A stretch of 64,000 bases of DNA from Candidatus Aenigmatarchaeota archaeon. Lineage in GTDB: Archaea; Aenigmatarchaeota; Aenigmatarchaeia; GW2011-AR5. Where the stretch lies: NCBI GenBank assembly GCA_039091535.1, contig JAWCLW010000001.1, positions 81,073 to 145,072 on the forward strand, given 5' to 3'. Made by a program: the position numbers and the translations under genes. The notes under the pieces were generated by a model. That model was not told the DNA's origin. It did no database searches and saw only the letters and a program-made list of their open reading frames with translations. Below are positions 57,589-64,000 of this stretch, one piece after another (the stretch's first letter is position 1; every line of letters begins with the position of its first letter).

Positions 57589-58293
57589 ATGCAACCCCGA
57601 GAATTTTATGAAGAAACAGCAAAAAATTATGACAAAAGACATAACAATCCTACAACAAAACATATGCGAAAAATCGATGAATATATAATCAAAAAATATT
57701 CAAAAGGTTTGGTTCTTGATATCGGTTGTGGAACAGGTGAGTATGTTAAGTTGTTAAATAATGGGATAGGTATCGATATATCATATAACATGCTAAGGGA
57801 ATCGAAAAATAAGACAAAAAACCCATTGATTAAAGCCTCTGCAGAGAATTTACCTTTTAAAGATAATTTATTCGATACAATTTTATGCATGTTTACTGTT
57901 TTGAATTTATGTGACTTTGAAAAGTCTGTAAATGAGATGAATAGAGTTTTGAAAAAAGATGGTGTTACTATTGTTTCTGTTGCAAGTATTTGGGATCAGA
58001 TGGATAAATCTCTTATAAAAAGGTTTTATTCAAAAGAAAAATCAATAAAAAAGAAAGTAAGAATAGATGGATATAGAATTAATTTTTATCTTTTTAGCAG
58101 AGAAGATTTTATTAATTTATTCAAAAAAAATGGTTTTGAACTTGTAAAATTTTCTGGTTTATTTATTTTACAAAGGCCATATTGGGGTTGGTATCGAAAT
58201 TTTACAAAATTTGAAAAATTCAAACTATTTATAGAAAAAATTTTTCCCAAAAAAGCTGCAAGACTTTATTATGGTATATTCAAAAAACCTTAA
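57589..58293 (+). CDS. class I SAM-dependent methyltransferase
   Basis: VLDIGCGTGEY (motif I) and the downstream LPFKDNLFDTILC (motif II/III). Confidence 0.8.
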   Translation: MQPREFYEETAKNYDKRHNNPTTKHMRKIDEYIIKKYSKGLVLDIGCGTGEYVKLLNNGIGIDISYNMLRESKNKTKNPLIKASAENLPFKDNLFDTILCMFTVLNLCDFEKSVNEMNRVLKKDGVTIVSVASIWDQMDKSLIKRFYSKEKSIKKKVRIDGYRINFYLFSREDFINLFKKNGFELVKFSGLFILQRPYWGWYRNFTKFEKFKLFIEKIFPKKAARLYYGIFKKP

Positions 58294-59104
58294 AATCAAT
58301 TCTATATTTGAAAACCCCTGGTCCATATGGTAGAACTTTTTTGACTTCTATGAACATTATTTTTCTTTTTACTAATAACCTTATTTTTTCTTTTATTTCA
58401 TCTAATTTTTCTTCTTTAGAAAAACAATAAAAATGACAAACACCATTCTTTTTTAAACAATTTACTGCATCATCAAGGAATTCTATTGCTTTCTCTGGTA
58501 ATGGCATTAGAACTCTATCACAACTATTATAGAATTTTCTAGCTTCCTTTTTGACATCTCCAAAAATTGCCTCAACATTATTTATTTTGTTTAATTCTAT
58601 ATTCTTTTTGAAATATTTAATGGCTTTTGGATTAATTTCAATTCCAATTATCTTTTTTGCTTTTGTTTTTTTGGCAATCTCTATGGCAAAAGGACCAACA
58701 CCTGCAAAAAATACCATAACAGTTTCATTTGGTTTTATTTTTTCAATTATTCTTATTCTTTCTGTACCTTCACGTGGAGAAAAATAAACTTTTCTTGGAT
58801 CGATCAGAAACCTACAACCATTTTCGATGTGCACGACTTCTGTATTTTTAATACCAGCAATTAATTTATATTTCCTTATTCTATATTTTCCTTTTCTCGG
58901 TGATGCTTTGAGCAATACAGATTTTACATTCTTATGTTTTTCCATTAATCCCTCAGCTATAATTTTATATTTTTTCTTTAAAGATTCTGGTATATCTATT
59001 ATGGCTACGGCTTTTTCTTTACTACCAATAATATCAAATGATGATGGAACAAGTAGTAATTCATTTTTTGTCATTTTATTTTTTAGGATTTCCTTTAGGT
59101 CCAT
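58280..59104 (-). CDS. Trm5/Taw2 (Met-10+ like) family tRNA methyl/aminocarboxypropyl transferase, paralog 2
   Basis: MVFFAGVGPFAIEIAKK, IEINPKAIKYFKKNIELNKI and LPEKAIEFLD are present. It is a paralog of the 55057..55869 gene. Confidence 0.8.
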   Translation of the reverse strand: MDLKEILKNKMTKNELLLVPSSFDIIGSKEKAVAIIDIPESLKKKYKIIAEGLMEKHKNVKSVLLKASPRKGKYRIRKYKLIAGIKNTEVVHIENGCRFLIDPRKVYFSPREGTERIRIIEKIKPNETVMVFFAGVGPFAIEIAKKTKAKKIIGIEINPKAIKYFKKNIELNKINNVEAIFGDVKKEARKFYNSCDRVLMPLPEKAIEFLDDAVNCLKKNGVCHFYCFSKEEKLDEIKEKIRLLVKRKIMFIEVKKVLPYGPGVFKYRIDFKVF

Positions 59105-59142
59105 AAATAAGTTTTAAATGTATGAATTTTTAAATTGATTTC

Positions 59143-59679
59143 ATGAATGTTATAGGTATAACAGGATTAATGGGCTCTGGTGTAGATACTGTAGCAAAAT
59201 ATATATCAGAAAAATACGGGTATGCAATCCTACATATGTCTGATATCTTACGTGAAATGGCAAAAAAAGAAGGTTTAGAATTAACAAGAGATAATCTACA
59301 AAACATGCGAAAAAAATATGGAAATGAATTCTTGGCAGAAGAAATTGTCAAAAGGATAAAGAAAAATAAATATAATAAAGTAATAATCGCTGCAATAAGG
59401 CGTTCTGAAGATTATTTAATACCTAAAAAAGAATTTCCAGAAATGAAATTAATTTTTATAAATACAGATGATAAAATTCGTTTTGAAAGATTAAAAAAGC
59501 GTTGCAGAGAAAATGATCCAAAAACATTTAAAGAATTTCAAAGACAACAAAAAAATGAATATAAAATCTATGATTTTAATAAAACATTTTCATATGCAGA
59601 TTATGTAATAGAAAACAATGGAACAGTTGATGAATTGTATAAAAAAGTAGACGAAATAATGAGAACCCTTGAGAATTGA
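59143..59679 (+). CDS. UPF0200 / dephospho-CoA-kinase-like P-loop protein with non-canonical Walker A
   Basis: MNVIGITGLMGSGVDTVAKYI...MSDILREMAKKEGLELTRDNLQNMRKKYG follows the archaeal UPF0200 layout. The P-loop reads GSGVDT instead of GSGKS/T. Confidence 0.55.
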   Translation: MNVIGITGLMGSGVDTVAKYISEKYGYAILHMSDILREMAKKEGLELTRDNLQNMRKKYGNEFLAEEIVKRIKKNKYNKVIIAAIRRSEDYLIPKKEFPEMKLIFINTDDKIRFERLKKRCRENDPKTFKEFQRQQKNEYKIYDFNKTFSYADYVIENNGTVDELYKKVDEIMRTLEN

Positions 59680-59765
59680 ATCTACTTAATATTGTTATTG
59701 AATTTTTTCTAATCCATTTTTCTAGAGTTAAAAAAGGTCTTTAAGAAAAATAATTAAGTAATAAA

Positions 59766-59938
59766 TGGGTCTGCCCGGATTTTCAGTACAGCTAAAAATT
59801 ATTTCAGCAGTGCATTTGAACCGGGGTCTCAAGCTTTTTATGTTCAACCCTTTGTGCGGGTTTTTCACCCAAAGCTCGGATCATAGTCGCTAAGCATACA
59901 CTAAGTATGTAGCACTAACCAAACTAGACTACAGACCC
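59766..59938 (-). tRNA. tRNA-Pro(UGG) interrupted by three putative introns (D-arm, anticodon 37/38, T-loop)
   Basis: The reverse complement reads GGGTCTG TA GTCT AGTTTGGTT A[33 nt]GAT C CGAGC TTTGGG[32 nt]A GCTTG AGAC CCCGG TTCAAAT[35 nt] CCGGG CAGACCC A. Removing the inserts gives a 73-nt cloverleaf with all stems paired, GG in the D-loop and anticodon TGG. Confidence 0.8.
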
Positions 59939-59963
59939 ATTTTTAAAAGTTATTACAATAAAG

Positions 59964-59973
59964 AATTTAAAAA
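59964..59973 (-). promoter_or_regulatory. candidate TATA box for tRNA-Pro
   Basis: On the minus strand, TTTTTAAATT ends about 25 nt upstream of G1 of the tRNA. Confidence 0.3.
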
Positions 59974-60059
59974 GATTATCATGCAGAGTTTCATATGACA
60001 TTGTAGAATTTAAAATAAAGGATTAAAACAACCAAAAAATAAATAAATTAAGTGATATT

Positions 60060-61490
60060 ATGAGCAAAGAACTTGGTATAAATACAAAGATGAAAGATAA
60101 TTTTGCAAAATGGTATTTGGAGGTTGTAAGAAAAGGTAATTTTATAGACCAACGCTCACCAATAAAGGGTTGTGATGTTATTACACCTTGGGGCTATGCG
60201 ATATGGGAATTAATAAAAAATATATTTGATGCTGAGCTCAAAAAAAATAATGTAAAAAATGCCTATTTCCCAATTTTCATACCTGAAAGATTTCTTAGAA
60301 AAGAGGAAGAACATTTTGTGGGATTTAAAGCAGAAACTGTTATGGCAACAGAAGCTGGTGGCAAAAGATTAGAGGAAAAATTAGCTATAAGGCCAACATC
60401 TGAGACAATAATGTATTATATGTATAATCTTTGGATTCGTTCATATAAGGATTTGCCTTTGCTAATTAATCAATGGAATAACATTGTAAGATGGGATACA
60501 AAAGTTACAAGACCTTTTATCCGTGGGCGTGAATTTTTGTGGCAAGAAGGGCATACAGCACATGCAACATATGATGATGCATATAATTGGATTAATAGAG
60601 TTATTGAAATGTATGATGTTGCGTATCGTGCAATGGCATTAGATAAACTTCTATTAAAAAGGCCGAAATTTGACACATTTGCTGGTGCTGAGTTTTCTGT
60701 TGTCTTTGATACAATTGTCCAAGATGGAAAAATTATTCAAGGTCCTGGAACACATATGCTTGGTCAAAACTTCTCAAAAACCTTTAATATAAAATTTACC
60801 GATAAGAATGGTAAAAAACAATATGTGTGGCAAACATCATGGGGCATGTCAACGAGACAGATTGGAATTTTAATAATGCATCACGGTGATGATAAAGGAG
60901 CGATCCTTCCGCCAGCCATTGCTCCATATCAAGCTGTTATTGTACCAATTTTATTTAAGGGTAAGGAAAAGATTATATTGGATAAATGTATTGAAGTAAA
61001 AAAAGAATTAGAAAAAATCGGAGTTCGTGTCTATCTTGATAATCGTGATTATTCTGCCGGGTTTAAATTTAATGAATGGGAGCTTAAGGGCATTCCACTA
61101 AGAATAGAAATTGGCCCAAAAGATATAGAAAATAAAGAAATTACATATGCCAGAAGGATTGGCGGGAAGGGTAAAATAAAAATTAATGAACTGAAAAATG
61201 CCAAAATAATACTTGATGAAATACAAAATGAAATGTATGAAAAATCAAAGAAATTTACAAAGGAAAATATAAATATAGTAAAAAATATTGGCGAAATAAA
61301 AAGTATCAAGAAAGGTGTTGTAAAGGCAAACTGGTGTGGATCAAGTGATTGTGCTGACAATATTAAATTTGAGACAAAAGGATTTGAAATTCGTGGAACA
61401 CTTTATGAAAAAGAAGAAAAACCGTTTGGTCCTTGTATTTATTGTGATAAAAAAGCAGAACATGTTGTTTATCTGGCAAAGGCTTATTAA
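60060..61490 (+). CDS. proS: prolyl-tRNA synthetase (archaeal/eukaryotic type)
   Basis: AIRPTSETIMY, FIRGREFLWQEGHTAH, QTSWGMSTR and a C-terminal Zn-type domain ending ...VVYLAKAY. Confidence 0.95.
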   Translation: MSKELGINTKMKDNFAKWYLEVVRKGNFIDQRSPIKGCDVITPWGYAIWELIKNIFDAELKKNNVKNAYFPIFIPERFLRKEEEHFVGFKAETVMATEAGGKRLEEKLAIRPTSETIMYYMYNLWIRSYKDLPLLINQWNNIVRWDTKVTRPFIRGREFLWQEGHTAHATYDDAYNWINRVIEMYDVAYRAMALDKLLLKRPKFDTFAGAEFSVVFDTIVQDGKIIQGPGTHMLGQNFSKTFNIKFTDKNGKKQYVWQTSWGMSTRQIGILIMHHGDDKGAILPPAIAPYQAVIVPILFKGKEKIILDKCIEVKKELEKIGVRVYLDNRDYSAGFKFNEWELKGIPLRIEIGPKDIENKEITYARRIGGKGKIKINELKNAKIILDEIQNEMYEKSKKFTKENINIVKNIGEIKSIKKGVVKANWCGSSDCADNIKFETKGFEIRGTLYEKEEKPFGPCIYCDKKAEHVVYLAKAY

Positions 61491-61970
61491 ATTCATTTTG
61501 GTTCTAATTAATCAATAACCTTTGTTTGTAATTAAAAATTGTGAACTTGACGGTTGAATAAAACAGATAATTAGCGCTTTACTTAGTATAGTAACTTTTA
61601 TATCATCTAAGGTTTAATTAATTCCTATGAAGAAATGTCGTTATATTTCACCCAATCTTAATTGTTTAATCGGAGGGTTTGGGAGCATCGAATGTCTTGA
61701 CCCAAAAGTGCATATAAAATGTAGATATAAACAAAAATTTAGATTGAAAAATAATTGAAAAAAACAAAGAAATATTTTTGACGCTCCATCAAAATTTTTT
61801 CTTCAGAAAAACTTTGTATGAGTGCGGAAGGTAGATGTAATTTCTCGACAGGACTAAGAAAATGTAGGTAACTAGGAAAAGAATATCTGATATATCTTAT
61901 GGCATTATGGATAAATAGAATAATTATAACCAATTTCTCCAAAGAGCAAGAACGCTCAAATAAAAATTGT

Positions 61971-62159
61971 TTATTTTAATAAGTCTTCTAAAGGTATATA
62001 CTTTTCATCAGAAAAATCTACTTCTAAATAACTATTTAACCCAAAGGCAACTGCACGCATCTTTAATTCTGGATGTCTTTCTATAAGTACATCTAATTCA
62101 TATCTGCACATATTATCATAAGGATCTACATAATTGTATTTCTCCATTTTCTGTATCAT
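61971..62159 (-). CDS. small hypothetical protein
   Basis: ORF trimmed to the ATG at 62159 (MIQKMEKYNYVDPYDNMCRYELDVLIERHPELK...). No family recognised. Confidence 0.35.
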   Translation of the reverse strand: MIQKMEKYNYVDPYDNMCRYELDVLIERHPELKMRAVAFGLNSYLEVDFSDEKYIPLEDLLK

Positions 62160-62400
62160 AGTGTGCCATATACCCCTCAATCAATAGATGCGCTAAATCA
62201 CTATCCGATTTTAATGCAACCAAATTCCAAATTGTTAATCCTAAATAAATTGGTGATAAAAACAAAGATTTTTAATGTTTAAGAAATCAAAATTAAGTTA
62301 AAATAACCGAAAAAGTAATATAAAAAAAAGCTTTAAAAATATAATGTTTTAATTAATAATAAAATCATTCAGACAAATTCTATTTAAAATGTGAATATCT

Positions 62401-63033
62401 ATGACGGAAATACAACAAGAAAAATTGAAAACAGGGACAACAACAGTTGGCCTTGTTTGTAAGGATTGTGTTGTTCTTGCAAGTGAGACAAAGAGCACAA
62501 TGGGTTGGCTTGTGTCAAGCAAGACATCACAAAAAATATATCAAGTAGATGATAAAATAGCTGTAACAACAGCGGGTGGTGCAGGGGATACACAAGCACT
62601 TATAAGATTGCTGAAAGCTGAAATAAATTTATATAAACTCACAAGAAATGCTGAATTTACTGTGAAAGCTGCAACAACATTGCTCGCCAACATTCTAATA
62701 GGAAACAGGTGGTATCCGTATATGGCCATGTTAATAATAGGTGGTGTAGATAAGGATGGATACCATATTTATAGTATAGATCCTGTTGGCGGTGTTGAAG
62801 AGGACAAATACACATCAACAGGATCTGGTTCACCAATGGCATATGGTGTTCTTGAAGATGGATTTAAAGATAACTTGACAAAAGAAGAAGGAATCCGCTT
62901 GGCTGTTCGTGCGATACGCTCTGCACGTGAGCGCGATGTGTTTTCAGGAGGTCGAGATATAGTCGTTGCAACAATTGATAAAAATGGTTTTGAATTTGTT
63001 GACAAGGAGAAGATAAAAGAACTTTTAAAATAA
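62401..63033 (+). CDS. psmB: proteasome subunit beta
   Basis: A short propeptide is followed by TGTTTVGLVCKDCVVLASE (catalytic Thr) and a GSGS motif. Confidence 0.95.
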   Translation: MTEIQQEKLKTGTTTVGLVCKDCVVLASETKSTMGWLVSSKTSQKIYQVDDKIAVTTAGGAGDTQALIRLLKAEINLYKLTRNAEFTVKAATTLLANILIGNRWYPYMAMLIIGGVDKDGYHIYSIDPVGGVEEDKYTSTGSGSPMAYGVLEDGFKDNLTKEEGIRLAVRAIRSARERDVFSGGRDIVVATIDKNGFEFVDKEKIKELLK

Positions 63034-63143
63034 TTTATGTTTATAGTTAAAAATTTGTTATAAACCACTAATTGAAATTAATTTGTATATTTTTTTTGAA
63101 GATTATAGAAGATTTCTAATACAAAATGGTTTGAGGTGCTTAA

Positions 63144-64000
63144 ATGATTCTGGATGAAATAAAAGAAGAATTACCCAAAAACGCATCAATAACAGACATA
63201 AGTTATGAGGGTAGTGAAATAATTTTGTATACAAAAAATAGAGAATTTTTCAAACATTCAACAGACTTGATAAAAAAGATAGTAAACAAAGTAAAAAAGC
63301 GCATAGAGGTCAGAGCAGACCCATCTATTGTAATGAGTGAAGAAAAGGCATTGGAAACAGTGAAAAAAATCATACCACAAGAAGCCGGTATTAAAGACAT
63401 TTATTTTGAACCAGAATTTACAAAAATAGTTATTCATGCAGAAAAACCAGGTCTTGTTATTGGTAAAAATGGCGAGACTCTACTTAATATAAAAACAAAA
63501 ACATATTGGACACCTGACATAAAACGTGCCCCTGTAATTGATTCGGAAATAATAAAATCTGTTAGAAAAATGTTGCATAAAGAGGTTGGATATAGAAAAA
63601 AATTTATGAATAGCTTAGGAGAAAAAATATACTCCCCAGGAAAAGAAGTTGAATGGATAAGGATAACAGCATTAGGTGGTTTTCGCGAAGTTGGTCGTTC
63701 TTGTATATTATTGCAAACACCAGAAAGCAATGTCCTTCTTGATTGCGGATTATCCGTCAGCATGTTTTCAGCAAGACCTTTCCCATATTTGGATGCTCCA
63801 GAATTTCACATCCAAGATTTGGATGCAATAATATTAACCCACTCACATCTTGACCATTGTGGCCTAATCCCATATCTTTATGAATATGGATATCGTGGGC
63901 CTTTGTATTGCACTAGACCTACAAGGGACTTGATGGCATTACTCCAATTAGACTACATACAAATATGCCAGCGTGAAAATAAAAAGCCATTATATTCTTC
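63144..64000 (+). CDS. archaeal CPSF1-type beta-CASP ribonuclease (N-terminal KH domains + metallo-beta-lactamase), 3' end off window
   Basis: Absent from the track because there is no stop in the window. The ATG at 63144 follows GAGGTG. The translation reads MILDEIKEELPKNASITDISYEGSEIILYTKN...KPGLVIGKNGETLLNIK...ITALGGFREVGRSCILLQT...ILTHSHLDHCG. Confidence 0.9.
   Translation, partial: MILDEIKEELPKNASITDISYEGSEIILYTKNREFFKHSTDLIKKIVNKVKKRIEVRADPSIVMSEEKALETVKKIIPQEAGIKDIYFEPEFTKIVIHAEKPGLVIGKNGETLLNIKTKTYWTPDIKRAPVIDSEIIKSVRKMLHKEVGYRKKFMNSLGEKIYSPGKEVEWIRITALGGFREVGRSCILLQTPESNVLLDCGLSVSMFSARPFPYLDAPEFHIQDLDAIILTHSHLDHCGLIPYLYEYGYRGPLYCTRPTRDLMALLQLDYIQICQRENKKPLYS

Noticed and set aside
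61627-61758. 43-aa Cys-containing ORF (MKKCRYISPNLNCLIGGFGSIECLDPKVHIKCRYKQKF...) downstream of proS
   Set aside because: It is too short, has no RBS-like sequence and no recognisable family. I note it only as a possibility.
1-64000. CRISPR arrays, rRNA genes, reverse transcriptase/DGR components, transposases
   Set aside because: I scanned both strands by eye and through the ORF track. I found no regularly spaced direct repeats, no rRNA-like GC-rich blocks, and no RT, integrase or transposase motifs.

Overview
This is an AT-rich archaeal chromosome segment. By eye it is roughly 30% GC, which I did not compute. The gene content looks like a small-genome, DPANN-type archaeon. It is mostly housekeeping genes: uS12/uS7, aIF5B, the Rpo7-Spt4-S24e-S27ae cluster, Kae1+Sua5, Glu/Thr/Pro-tRNA synthetases, Elp3, Taw1, two Trm5/Taw2 paralogs, aTrm56, proteasome beta and aCPSF1. 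Central metabolism is also present: PEP synthase, enolase, PRPP synthetase, form III RuBisCO, ThyX-GlyA, membrane pyrophosphatase. The most unusual region is an accessory island at about 35.9-42.6 kb. It holds a co-directional run of uncharacterised genes, including a receiver-domain-like protein, a degenerate YfcE-type phosphoesterase, two possible paralogs and a Cys-cluster protein. Four consecutive, mutually unrelated genes in this run are each preceded by the same ~40-nt junction element (GAGCACGACGCGATGAAGTAAATGGAGGGGTGAAG). A divergent tandem Lrp/AsnC regulator flanks the run. I cannot assign a function, and I found no integrase, transposase, reverse transcriptase or CRISPR array anywhere in the window. 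Other notable items: a tRNA-Pro(UGG) apparently interrupted by three introns next to proS, and a tRNA-Gln with a hairpin insert in the D-loop. There is also a heavily decayed purF pseudogene whose middle segment is inverted, an MFS transporter split at a G9 homopolymer, and further gene remnants (GNAT, HAD). All calls come from reading the sequence and the ORF translations. No database search was run.
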